Positions 11,900-23,789 of a stretch of DNA of 64,000 nucleotides are shown piece after piece. The stretch's first letter is position 1, and the number at the start of each line of letters is the position of its first letter. Both the position numbers and the translations under genes were made by a program. The notes below the pieces were generated by a model. The model was not told the DNA's origin. It ran no database searches and was given only the letters and a program-made list of their open reading frames with translations. This DNA comes from Octopus sinensis (Eukaryota), in contig NC_043016.1 of NCBI RefSeq assembly GCF_006345805.1, positions 21,266,001-21,330,000 on the forward strand, given 5' to 3'.

Positions 11900-12960
11900 A
11901 AATCTTTCCATCCTGCCTTCCACTTCTCCTGCACTATTTCCGACACCTCAGTTGCCTTTCTCAACATTTTGGTCAGCATTCATCACTCCACTCTCACCAC
12001 CTCCATCCACTACAAACACACAGATTCACACTCATACTTCAACTTCTCCCCCTCCCACCCTAAACACAGCAAGCTCCCCATCCCCTATTCCCAATTTCTC
12101 TGGCTATGCAGGCTCTGCAGTGACGACCATGACTGAGACTCAATCTCAACTCATGGCTTGCTACTTCATCCTACGTGGATATCCCCTTCATCCTACATAG
12201 ATATCTAAACACCTGTCTGTGTTTGGATTGTCCTTGCACAGGGACTATCTGGACTCCCATCTTCACTATGAGCAAGGATTAATCTTCTCCCTTCACATCA
12301 CATGGGCTCAACTATCCTCCTCTCTTCATCTAACCTTCCTCCTCTACACCTTTCTCCCACCCACCTCTCCTGCTGACACCTGCTTCCTCTCTTCACTCCT
12401 ACCCACCTTCTCCCTGCCAACCTCTTCCTTCATTGTCACCCCCTCCCTTGTTACACCACTCCTACACATTCCAACCCAACCATCCCTATACATTCCATCC
12501 CACCCCACCCCTTTGATCCCACCCTCACTTCCCTCACTCCCACACACCCCACACACTAGCACCGACCACTTCCCAGCACCCACACCAGTGCACACACTAG
12601 CACTGAACACTTCCTAGCACCTACACCATTATCCACACACCTACACCTGCACACGTCAATGTCACCAGTCCCCTTCCACAGGCACATAACGCTCTCATAT
12701 ACACATGCATATGCACCTTCGTTTTGGGATCATCACTACTTTATTATCTCCCCTTCTTCCTAGCTCTCCTGTGTGACCCCTTTGTTCAGCATTCGCCATG
12801 ATAGATTGTTAACCACTAAACCTTTTTCTATTTTCTCTACCTGTTTATTTTTTAATTCCTTTCTGTCGAAGAGCGTAGGCTCAAAATGTAAAAGACTTTC
12901 TCATGTCCTGAGCATTAAACTAATACATAGCAACCTTGGGCTGGCATGTGCCCTTTGTCC
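11900..12960 (+). mobile_element. Internally deleted Penelope-like remnant with terminal region
   Basis: Remnants of the Penelope RT C-terminus (HSY...SIP...LRRLC-like; YFILRGYP) and the GIY-YIG end (SVFGLSLHR...EQGLIF), then a C-rich 3' tract and a hammerhead-like motif. Confidence 0.7.
12859..12894 (+). ncRNA. Degenerate minimal type I hammerhead ribozyme motif
   Basis: CTTT-CTGTCGA-A-GAGC(GTAG)GCTC-AAAAT-GTA-AAAG: stems I and II intact, core mutated relative to CUGANGA/GAAAC. Confidence 0.55.
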
Positions 12961-12964
12961 TTTG

Positions 12965-13400
12965 CTATCAATATGATGCAAAAATGGTTTGCTTTTATGC
13001 CATGACATCAAAGAACAGCAAGTTTCAAGACGACATCATTTGATGCTCATTCAGTTCGTGTGGTACTACTTGTCCAGCTTCTTTATGTTGCCAATTTGTT
13101 TCAGATGGTTCTATACAGTTGGAATCAAAACATTAAACCTTGCTGCTAACTTACACATTGTTTGAGATCTATCCGCTTCCACTACAGTTTCCAGCTCATC
13201 ATTATCCACCTTGGTCTCGGGTCTACCGTGGGGTTTGACTGTCAAGAGTAAAGTCACCGGACTCGAACTTCTCAAACTATCAGTGTAAAGTGTGCTCATT
13301 CGCCACAACTTCACCAAACACCTCATTGATGTTTCAAGTTGTCTGAGATGCATTGGTTCCAAAGGAATTTTTTTTTACCTATCTATTGGTTCAGAAAAAT
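12965..13400 (-). mobile_element. Mariner transposase remnant (N-terminal DNA-binding region)
   Basis: HGRPETKVDNDELETVVEADRSQTMCKLAARFNV, typical of the mariner second HTH. Confidence 0.75.
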
Positions 13401-13469
13401 TGATTTACAAGAGAAAACTCACAATATAATCAGACACTATGAATTGCATTTCGAAAAATGATGATGTAA

Positions 13470-14830
13470 CTCTTCAATGTTGTAAAACAGAATTGTCACG
13501 ATAAAACATTAGAGTGTGTAAGAAAATCAAACATTTCATTCTTAATGACCTGATATTTTCAATTTTCACATTTACAAATTTCTTCTTTGTCACATTACCA
13601 TTTTCTTTTGACAACATCTTGTTTGCTCTTTTTTCTTTGTTCCAACATTTTGCCATCTTGGTTTTACAGTGTGTTTCCACATGTTCAATTTTTCCACAAC
13701 GGAAACATTCCACTTTCATAAATGCATAGTTTTTTCTCGGGTGTAGACCTCCACATGCAAAACATGGGTTTGTTTCCTGACTTTTGTCCTGTTTGAAATG
13801 TATTTTAGTACACACTTGATTTCTATTCTGCCTGTTTCACACTTGTTTCATTTAGGAGCAATCTTTATGTTCAATTTTCTCAGTGTTGTACCTTAGATTT
13901 ACTATTTTTTCACACTCTTCTGACACTTGTTGTAAGGTTACAGCTCGGTTTTGTTCCAGTTTAGAGAGAATTATTGTTCTTACTTCTGCATCTTTCTCTG
14001 CAGTTAGTCCATGAGTAAATATCTTGAATATGTCTGGCATTAACTCATCCAGTTTGAGCTTTACACATTCTCTGTTAACTCTACCAGCATATGTGATATA
14101 CTCCTCCTCATTGTTCTTTTCTAGGTTCAAACATTTCCAGTATGTATTAAACAAGCTTTTCTCACTAAAAATCTTCCACAATATGTCTGTTGTATTTCTA
14201 AAGTTTATGTCAGAATGCTTTTTTCAAGAATATGTAATTGCTGTGATGCTCATGTTCACATGCTGCCAGTTTTCTTAGGATTAGACACATGTTTATATCA
14301 CTGTCCCAATCTTTGCACTCTTTATTGAAGATCTCTTTGTATTTTTTATAGTACGCCTGGAAGGTAACTCATTCATCTGGTTTATACTTATATTCTATTA
14401 TTGAGTTGGCAACATAATAAGGCAAGAACATCTTCTCAGCATTTTTAGACGACTTACTATTCCTTAATTGCAGCATTTTTTGCTATAACAGTAATTATTG
14501 TTGTTCTAGCAGTTGTTGTTGCTGCTGCTTTTGCAATTCGAGCAAAACAGCTAACAATTCTTCCATAATTTTACGATTTTGTATACTGTAAAAATTCACA
14601 CAAAAAGCTTTTGTGGGTTTCATAACTCCTTACGAGTTCGTTTAATCTTTGTGAATTTGTTAATTCCTCATTGCCACACTTGCAATTCAATGCTGGGCTG
14701 CTATAACAACCACTCCAGTATAGCAGTATAGTTAGTTAGACAAGTAAAGACAATACTATCAATGACTGACTTTGCTGACTTCAACAACTCGACTGCCTAT
14801 GTCATAGTATTTCTAACGACTAACAAGTAC
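13470..14830 (-). mobile_element. Ty3/Gypsy LTR retrotransposon 5' remnant (LTR-like region, PBS, gag, zinc knuckle)
   Basis: Gag-like SLFNTYWKCLNLEK...YAGRVNRECVK; knuckles CFACGGLH and CFRCGKIEHVETHC; PBS-like TGGCAATGAGG at 14666-14676. Confidence 0.75.
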
Positions 14831-15109
14831 CACTCATGTGGGAAGGGGTGTTCAATTATTATTATCCTTATAACAGTATATCAAATCTCTTCCCTACAGC
14901 ATCCCACTGCATTCCCCTCTCTTCCATCTCTCACCTTTTGCAACCTTGCAAACTTATCTTGTCCACTCTCCACCTCATCATATCTTCACCATCTCACCCA
15001 CCTATCTCTCTCTCTCTCTCTCTCTGTCCCCAACTGAAGAAGCCATGTATCTCTCTCTGCTAGACACCTATTTCTGTCCTTTATTTCATAACTGGCACTA
15101 AGCCACCTC

Positions 15110-15167
15110 CCTCAAGAGAAGACCTTCAGTTGAGAAGGCTTGTCTTGCAAGTTACTTGGTGACCTCA

Positions 15168-15198
<31 letters not shown>

Positions 15199-15352
15199 CA
15201 TGTAAAAAGCACCCAGTACATTTTGTAAAGAGGGTGGCATTAGAAAGAGCATCCAGTCATAGAAACCATGCCAAAGCAGATAGCAAAGCTTGGCACAATC
15301 TTCTGACTTGCCAATTCCTGTCAAACTGTCTAACCAACACCAGCACAGGGGA

Positions 15353-15391
<39 letters not shown>
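15110..15391 (+). mobile_element. Diverged RTE 3' tail copy
   Basis: GGTGCCATGTAAAAAGCACCC...GAGCATCCAGTCATAGAAAC and a long (GAT)n tail. Confidence 0.8.
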
Positions 15392-15839
15392 TTCCACTGG
15401 AAATAAGAATTAAAACTAAGCAAATTCTTTCTGAGTAAGGCTCTGATCAAAAGAAGAGATATGTCAATACAAAAAAATTTTTTTATGACATTATTTTTAC
15501 TGAATTTTTTCTGTTCAGTTTTCTTTTCTGTTTGCATGAACATATATCATGACTTGCTCATTGCAAAGGAACAGTCCCAATTAGGTATTAATTGTACAAT
15601 TAGGTATTAATTGCCTAATTTCTTACCCTGACACTAAGGTCAATCACACTGATGTATACCACATACTTACACATTTATAAATTTCTACCTGATTAATTTA
15701 TTTTGCAAGTAACATAAAAGAAAACACTTTACAAGGCATGAAAGAGAGAGGGTGAGAGAGGAAAGAGAAAGTTAGGGAGAAAAAGAGAAAGAAACAAAGA
15801 GAGAGAAAAGGGAGGAAATAAAGAAAAAGATATACTTAC

Positions 15840-15965
15840 AAGAAATGCTTCAAATTTTTGACTGAATTCAAGCTCTGAAAGACTATCTGGTGGACTCTCA
15901 ATCCCATTGTGTTCATCTTCTTTACTTGGATGAGGACTAACATTACGCCGAAATATTGAATCAAG
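15840..15965 (-). CDS. Candidate 126-nt internal exon of unidentified host gene
   Basis: Acceptor ctttaaatttcAG, donor GTAAGT, unique sequence; open frame LDSIFRRNVSPHPSKEDEHNGIESPPDSLSELEFSQKFEAFL (a second frame is also open). Confidence 0.5.
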
Positions 15966-16099
15966 CTGAAATTTAAAGAAGTTTTAAAATGAAAAATCTT
16001 AATTTATTACAATGTATGAGTTTTTTTTCCTTCTTTTTGCTCTACATACAAAGCAAGCTCATTTGAAAAAAAAAACTATTTTAAAATAATCATTTCTTC

Positions 16100-16240
16100 C
16101 TTTGACACAAGGTCAGCAATTTTAAGAGGTGGGGAAACTGTGCTCAACTAATACTTATTTTATTAAACTCAAAGGATGAAAAGCATAGCTGACCTTGGTA
16201 GAATTTGAACTCAAAATGTAAAGACAGATGAAATACTACT
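16100..16240 (-). mobile_element. Decayed tRNA-derived SINE (type 2)
   Basis: Reverse complement has a GAGTTCAAATTC B-box-like motif and TTTCATCCTTTG as in 55375-55606. Confidence 0.6.
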
Positions 16241-16511
16241 GAAAGAAAAGAAAACTAAGATTTAAATTATAAATGTTTTCAAACTCTGTCATGTACCTTA
16301 CTTCATTCTTTTAACTCAATTCTATGTTCACTTTATATTTACATATATTTCAAAATGTAAGCATTTCACAATTCAATAATAATTTATTCACCACAGAAAT
16401 GATAGAAAGAATTCAAGATTTCATGCATTCAGATATCAAATTTGATGAATAATAATATTGGTGGTTACAGATTTTGAACAAGTCAATAAATAGTTCACAT
16501 TATCATCTGTA

Positions 16512-16732
16512 CAACCCTTTAGCATTTAGATTACTTTATCAAATGCAATGTTTGTTCATTCACATTGTTTCAAATTAATCGTACATTAGCTTGTAACTTT
16601 GAGGTTTCAAAGATGTGATTGTTTATTTTTAAAATGGTAGTGTAGATGTGAGAGGCCAGATGTGATCAGTTTGAACATAGTATAGGTAGAACATAAGGAC
16701 TGGATATGACCAGTTTAAATACTCAAGGAATA
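16512..16732. mobile_element. piggyBac-like MITE
   Basis: Imperfect terminal inverted repeats AACCCTTTAGCATTTA / TTTAAATACTCAAGGAAT. Confidence 0.5.
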
Positions 16733-18148
16733 AATCAGATGAAACAAATACCACAAAGTATTTTTAGTTGAAACACTGGATCTTCTGTTGTCTCAGTTTT
16801 ATGTCTTTTGCCAACACACACAAATATATATATAAACATAACAGATTTCCTCATAAGGAATTAATCAATTTGCAGCCATGCAAGAATATACAGAGCTATA
16901 TTTAAAATGCTAAGATAGGTAGTGTAGCAATATTGTTTTCTTCATTGCTATCTTCACTGTTTGAGAAAAATAGTAAAAATGATCTCGTTTGAGATTACAA
17001 ACATCTTTGGCTAGTTTAACCTTGTTGTGTCCACTGATCCGATTGGTTAGCATCTAAGCGCGGTCTGTCTCTCTACTTATTTCACGCCAGTGTGTAAACT
17101 GACCAATCACGGCTTTCGAATAGGACTTTTCATTTGAGCCATCTTAACTCTTTAAATAGGCTGATCATATCACGATTCAGCGTCTTTCGGCTTAAGACCT
17201 TTTCAGGTCTTGGTCGGAGACCACACAGAGCTTACTCAACCATGTTCCAGTTCGAAAGGCAGACGACAGCCAAGCCAACCATAATATGAAGACGCTATTG
17301 TAAACCAGCAACAGACATAACGTCATAACCAACATCGTCTCCATCTATGAAGATTTCAACTTGTACACAAGATAAATACAGATTCAACTCATGCTGTTAG
17401 TGTAAAAATCTCACCATGGAAAAACAGTTGCAGTATATATATATCTGAAAGAATATCTATATCAAGAGAAAATATGCACAACAAGTGACTCAACTAATCT
17501 CAGCTCTGAGACTCAAATCTTGTATAGAACTCATTATCGTGTACTACATGAACTGGTAAAATAACTCTAAAATAACTTCATTTTAACTCAAAATGTTGAG
17601 ACTTCTCTCATGCTCTGTTGTATTTACATACACCTTATTTCTGTACTTCTGTCGCACACATGAACACACATACACAAATATTATAAGCATGCATTCATGA
17701 CACAACACTACGCTAATAATAACAAATCACTTTGTACACTGTGAATAAAATCTATCTTCTCTTTATAAAAGTAGAACAGTTTTTGGAGTCCTTATTTCAT
17801 ATACTTTGGCACTGTTTATAAACATGTATTATGGCTTATATAATATTATATAATATTATGTTATGTATGTTATGTTGGGATGCGGCCGGGCGTTGTACAA
17901 GAGGAGAAATATGTCACCGAAACTCCACACTAACAGTAGTATTTAAAAAACTATTTAGTATCCAGTCTTAGAAAAATTTTGTGTTAAAACTGAACAATGA
18001 ATGGTTACATGAAAATCCAGAAAACATTAGAATTTGCTTTACCAATGTATCTTGCTATATGATCAAGAAATAGATCATCCTCAATTCAATCATGTTCCTT
18101 CCTCACCTCATGAGCAGAGAGAACATATATAGAGTGGCCACAATTAAT

Positions 18149-18930
18149 ATACCATAAAAATCCATGTAAACTGCGCACCTTTGTAATTTACGCAGGTGAT
18201 TTTTGGGATAAAATTGTTTAAAAAAAAGCTTCTACTCATGTAAAATTCGCACCCAAAAGTTTTCAGAATTGTCGATATAGTCAGGGGGAAAGGTTTTCAA
18301 TTTAGTTGTATTTGGTATAATTTCACTTACTTATGGTTAGATTTTTATTAAATTTTCATTAAATAAAAATAATTTCTGTTTAACAGGTATCACATTGAAA
18401 GCTATTAAATTATGAAGTGTTTGTGTTGTTTATAATAAACTTTATCTTACACTTCTTGCCCACAAGAGATTATGTCCAATCTTTAGCATACTTCTGAATG
18501 TCTTCTCGAATCACAACCACAGGAAGAGTTGTTGATAATTCTCATTAACAAAAACAAAGCTGATAAATATGCACAAGTGTTGCAAAATAAGTTTAATTTA
18601 CCAATAAACACCAGCTTGGATAACACTTTACTCAACCGACAGTAGTTAACCATTTAATGGTTTTAGTTAATTTATACAGAAAAAGTAAGCATTATACTGT
18701 CCAGCATAAATAAAAGTCAACTTCATTATATTTTTTCTGTAAAAACCTATTCTGACATTATATGAGTCAACTTCCAATACAAATGTTTGTACATTTGTTT
18801 GTCCTTTTCCAACAAAAAAAAATTCTAAAAAAATCTGGAAATGATCTACTCATGTAATTTACACACCTACCAAAGTTTATTTTTGTTTTTGTGAAAAAGA
18901 GTGCATAAATTACGTGGGTTTTTTACAGTA
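18149..18930. mobile_element. pogo/Tc1-like MITE
   Basis: Imperfect ~30-bp TIRs TACCATAAAAATCCATGTAAACTGCGCAC / GTGCATAAATTACGTGGGTTTTTTACAGTA with TA ends. Confidence 0.55.
18492..18559 (-). CDS. Candidate 68-nt exon (inside the putative MITE)
   Basis: Acceptor atatttatcAG, donor GTATGC; reads (A)LFLLMRIINNSSCGCDSRRHSE; phase-compatible with 15840-15965 but may be transposon sequence. Confidence 0.25.
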
Positions 18931-19179
18931 TGCACATTCAGTAGATAAAAATCACACAAACCAAAAACATGAGATACATTTCAATAAGATAGATTTTTAA
19001 CAAATAATTTCAACATTCACACCAATTTTGTTTTACCACTCTTATAAAGTTAATGGAAGGACTGCAAAATATAGATTATCTTTGACAATATAGATTATCT
19101 TTAACTTTGGTACGATCATTATGATGCTGTTTTGGTATAACTTAGATGAGATAATCAGTATATATTTTTCCGCTTTACA

Positions 19180-19595
19180 ATCATCATCATCATCGTTTAA
19201 CGTCTGCTTTCCATGCTTGCATGGGTTGGACGGTTTGACTGAAGGCTGGCAAACCAGATGGCTGCACCAGGCTCCAGTCTTGATCTGGCAGAGTTTCTAC
19301 AGCTGGATGCCCTTCCTAACGCCAACCACTCCGAGAGTGTAGTGGGTGCTTTTACGTGCCACCGGCACGGGGGCCAGTCAGGCGGTACTGGCAACGACCA
19401 CGCTCGAATCTTTTTACACATGCCAATGGCACAGGTGCCAGTAAGGCGATGCTGGCAACGATCACGCTCGGATGGTGCTCTTGGCACTCTACTAGCATGG
19501 GGCACAAGTGTTAGTAAGGCAACGCTGGTAACGATCACACTCGAATGGTTCCTTTTATGTGCCACTGGCATGGAAGCCGATTAGCTGCTCTGTCA
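19180..19595 (-). mobile_element. RTE 3' tail / SINE-like copy
   Basis: (TCA)n then GTTTAACGTCTGCTTTCCATGC...; includes several GTGCC-GGCAC modules. Confidence 0.9.
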
Positions 19596-20039
19596 ATGAT
19601 GACGCTTGTAAATTAATAAAAATATTTGATTTTAACATAACAAATTTATGTCCATTTCATAATATCCTACTGCTAGAAGCCTTGCCTGGAAAGTAGCAAT
19701 CAAGGTAATTCTTTACCTTGATTACTTGTACTTGTAACTTGCAGCCTCACAAAGTTCATGGCCAAATCCCTCAAAGCTAATGCAGATGGCTTTCAAAGTA
19801 CGTTTTATGGAGGAAATTAACAATGTGTAACTTTATGATGGCCTCACCCAGATGCCCACTAGCAAAATCATCATCCAAGTACTAACCCATGAGAGATGAA
19901 TCATGAGTATCCTTTCAAAACCGTGGCAATATTGTTATGATTGTTGAAGAACTTCAGACATTGATGATGAAGTAGAATATGTGACATATCTGGAACAAGT
20001 GCAAATTGCAGTAGATAAGTGCTGCTAGTGAGGTACTGA

Positions 20040-20362
20040 TTATTATTATTATTATTATTATTATTAGTTCTTTTTTTATCACAGATTTTGTTGGATCTCC
20101 AGGGGGTCTTGCATGCATAAGCGGGCTTGCTGCTTACAGCACCAGGCTTTCTGTTCTTTTTAGCTATCTAATACTTTCCTGATTATTCTGGTCATGCCAG
20201 GGAGGTAAACCGTTTGTAACAGTTCTACTGGGCACTCTATTCCAATTTCCTTTATATTCCTCTTGATGCCTTCTGACACAGTAGCCAAGAACCCAACAAT
20301 AATTGGCACTATCTTCATTTTCCATAGCTGGGCTATTTCATACTTAAGGCAATTGTATTTAC
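20040..20362 (-). mobile_element. R4/Dong-like non-LTR retrotransposon 3' end with (TAA)n tail
   Basis: KYNCLKYEIAQLWKMKIVPIIVGFLATV...TRIIRKVL (REL-domain C-terminus), short UTR, about 9 TAA repeats. Confidence 0.75.
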
Positions 20363-21055
20363 CGCATGCAGTTCTCTGGATATGATCAGAAAGATAGGGT
20401 TCGAGTATACAAGGGAGCTAGAAAGACATTAGACAACATTATACGTAATGATATCAGTGGTACCTGCCCTAGATATAGAAACAAAGACTGGAATAGGATA
20501 CAAAGAACTTGTGACAAAGCAAACAGGGCGAACACATGGTATAAAACTGACAAATATCAAGGAGTGATGTTTGTAGAGACCACAGCCCATGGAGAAAAGC
20601 TCTGAAGGAGACCAAACTTAAAATTAAAATTGTTGAAAAGCCAGGGAACTCAGTCAGATCACAACTATGTAGGACGTACCCCTTTGAGAATACCATATGC
20701 ACCAATGATAACTGCATGGTATGTAGGATTAGCCCTGGCATTAACTGTAGAACTCGAAATGTGGTTTACGGCATAAGATGTATAGAGGGTGCTTGTAAAG
20801 ACATAAACATGACGTACATAGGGGAGACATCTAGGAGCATTGCAGAACGGATAAATGAACATCTGAGACAATATGACAACAAAAAACAGTCCTCCATACT
20901 CTACCAACATGCCAAAGACCACCATGGAGGCAACTTGGGTCAACTTGACATCTGCATCTTATCCAAGCATCCAAAAGACACAACACTCAGACAAATACGG
21001 GAGTACGTCCTTATAAATGAAACCTCTCCAATACTAAATAGGAAATATACATAGT
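20363..21055 (+). mobile_element. Penelope-like element 3' part (linker + GIY-YIG)
   Basis: MQFSGYDQK...; CRTRNVVYGIRC...TYIGETSRSIAERINEH...RQIREYVLI. Confidence 0.9.
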
Positions 21056-22715
21056 AAATACCATACCTCCATACCCACAATTTACATAGGTAGAGTAGAA
21101 TATTTAGTGGACTGTTATGTAGAGAGATGTATGTATGTGTGTGGGTGTGAGTGGGTGTGTTTGCACATGTATTTTTTTTTTATGTAAGTATATGGATATG
21201 AAAATAAGCAGGTCAACATACAGACGGATAGGTACATAGTTTATAAGAACAGACAAGCACACATACGCAAATGATGGAGACTGAAACACATGACCATATA
21301 CACACACACACACTACTCTGCACAGGGACACATATGGAAACATGGACCCACACATATAGAGATGCACATCCATACATACATCATCATCATCATCATTTAG
21401 CGTCCGCTTTCCATGCTAGCATGGGTTATGCATACACACACATATATACATACATACACATGCATACATGCATAAACACATACATACGTACATACATATG
21501 TACATGCATGCACACACTGACCCACACACATGCGCACAAACAAACAAAAAGGAACGCAGTGTAAATAACGCACAGAGTCAAAACTATTGAAAAGGTTGCA
21601 AGATGCAACAAAAATTTTAGGAAAATAAAAATAAGAAATAAGTGGAAATTTTACTGGTGAGTATGTTACGTTATAAGGCACAAAAAGAAAAATGACTCTC
21701 CCAAGACACAACAGAATATGCTTCAAAACACAAACTCATAGAAAGAATCTTGGAAACGAAATTCAAAAACAAAATATTAATATTATTATTATAATGAGTG
21801 AGAGAGCAATGCATGCCATCAAAGTGACAAGGAGGGGGGGGCAAATATACAAAGCCCAATATACCTATCATAACTACTCATCTGACAAGTGTACGCCAGC
21901 AACAGCAGCTGTCGCCACTGCCACCACCACCACCACCACCATCATGATGACCATCATCATGTTAATGAAAATAGTGACTTATCATATAGTGGATTTCTGT
22001 AGTTGATTTAACTGCATTTATATTTTTTAATGAAATTCTTCATACATGATGTTGAATTTAAGCTTCCTATTTATTTTCCCTGCTGTGTATGTCTTTTTAG
22101 CTTTATTGACCAAATAACTTTTATTATATGATTTCAACCAATCTTTATTACTTTCATGTCCTAAAATGTGTCCTAAAGCTTTATACCATTTTTCAATGAT
22201 GGCATATAAGAATCTCTCTTTTTACTGCTCAACCCAGTTCAACATAGTTGTTTGCTAAAATACAAAAACAAATCCAGAAATTCTTCTAGGTTAAACATAC
22301 TTGACGTTTATAAGTAGCATGCTCTCATGTATAAAATCTGTTTGTTAGAGATTATAAACTAAACTAGTCACACCTATAAATTTCTCATTTTCTAGTTTCC
22401 TCCAACATTTCTAGAGAAACCAGTTAAGCTGTAAATAAATAGCTTATTACATTTTCTTACCTATTATCCTTATATTATCGAAAACACATTTTTCACAAAT
22501 GTTTCAACTGAGTTACACTCTAATAATAATATAAAAGAATGACAACTCAGGATTATAATTGGTAGTGAAGCAAAAAAAAAAATAGAATCCTACTAAAAAA
22601 AGTATTCTGAATACTGGCTTTCTTATACTAATTCACAGCACATTTCCACTCTACTTTCATTTTCTACACAAAAGTGAGAATTGAATGTATCAGAAAATAA
22701 TGTTAAAAATTAAAC

Positions 22716-22757
22716 CTGAAGAACATTGTGAACTTCAATTTTCGTAATGTATTCTAT
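22716..22757 (-). CDS. Candidate 42-nt exon
   Basis: Acceptor gcttttcttAG, weaker donor CAG|GTTTAA; only open frame reads IEYITKIEVHNVLQ. Confidence 0.3.
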
Positions 22758-23214
22758 CTAAGAAAAGCATACATCTTTTATTGACAGGTAGATTAAGCCA
22801 CAACAGAATTCACACTTTAATGACTGTACTTTGTAACTCATCTGATTATGTCAATTGTACCTGACAATAAATGTCATTTCATTGTAATTATAGCAAGATA
22901 TATAAATAAGTCTAACAAATTATATGCATTTAAAAATGGTTAACTTCACTTAGCCCCACATTCTATCTACCAAATCGTTTCTCCTCTTACCTACATCCCT
23001 CTACTATCACAGTGTGTGTGTGTGAGTGTAAACACAGGTGAAATACAATTACACAAAATATCTCAGTATAACATATTATATTGTCATCTTGCTGTTTTAT
23101 CAATATATATATATATATATATCTGTAAAATAATATGTGACAATTATTCAATAGCCAAGATAAAACTCAGAGTTTTATCTTGGCTATTGAATAATTGTCA
23201 CATATTATTTTACA

Positions 23215-23520
23215 GATAAATTTCCTCTATTTACATAATATTGAGGTCTCTTTCTTTCTTTTGACCTTCATCACCTGATCCAGCAGTTTCATATCCCTAT
23301 AGTTATTTCTATCTAAAGCATCACCTTTACCCTTGTGGCAGTTGACTCTGGTGCTCCTACGCCAGCATTTAGGTATGGCTCCATCACGAACAACCTGGCT
23401 AACAATATGGGTGACTGGACCATAGCCCATACCACCAGATGTTTTAAGCATCTCAGTAGTGATTCTGATGGGCCAGGAGCTTTTCCTGGCTTCATACCTT
23501 TAATTGCTTTATCTACATGG
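23215..23520 (-). mobile_element. RTE RT N-terminal fragment
   Basis: MKPGKAPGP...; CHKGKGDALDRNNYRDMKLLDQVMKV. Confidence 0.9.
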
Positions 23521-23547
23521 ATAGTCTATGTGTGTGTGCATATATAT

Positions 23548-23580
<33 letters not shown>

Positions 23581-23629
23581 GCGAGTGTGTAAACGTGTAT
23601 GTGTGTGTGTATATATATATATGTGTGTG

Positions 23630-23668
<39 letters not shown>

Positions 23669-23711
23669 GTATGTACATATATATATGTGTGTGGGTGTAT
23701 TTATATGTATG

Positions 23712-23777
<66 letters not shown>

Positions 23778-23789
23778 GGGAGAATTCAC

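Noticed and set aside
2864-16457. Possible plus-strand micro-exons (about 2864-2896, 3068-3085) and terminal exon EMIERIQDFMHSDIKFDE* near 16398
   Set aside because: Phases fit, but the segments are very short, unrecognisable and expected by chance in AT-rich DNA.
17020-17380. Solo-LTR-like segment (TG...AATACA); a similar impression at 3250-3720
   Set aside because: No target-site duplication and no second copy or internal retroelement sequence to confirm it.
19695-19725. 11-bp hairpin AATCAAGGTAA/TTACCTTGATT
   Set aside because: Too short to interpret; it also puts the same donor-like site on both strands, weakening the 19717-19776 exon call.
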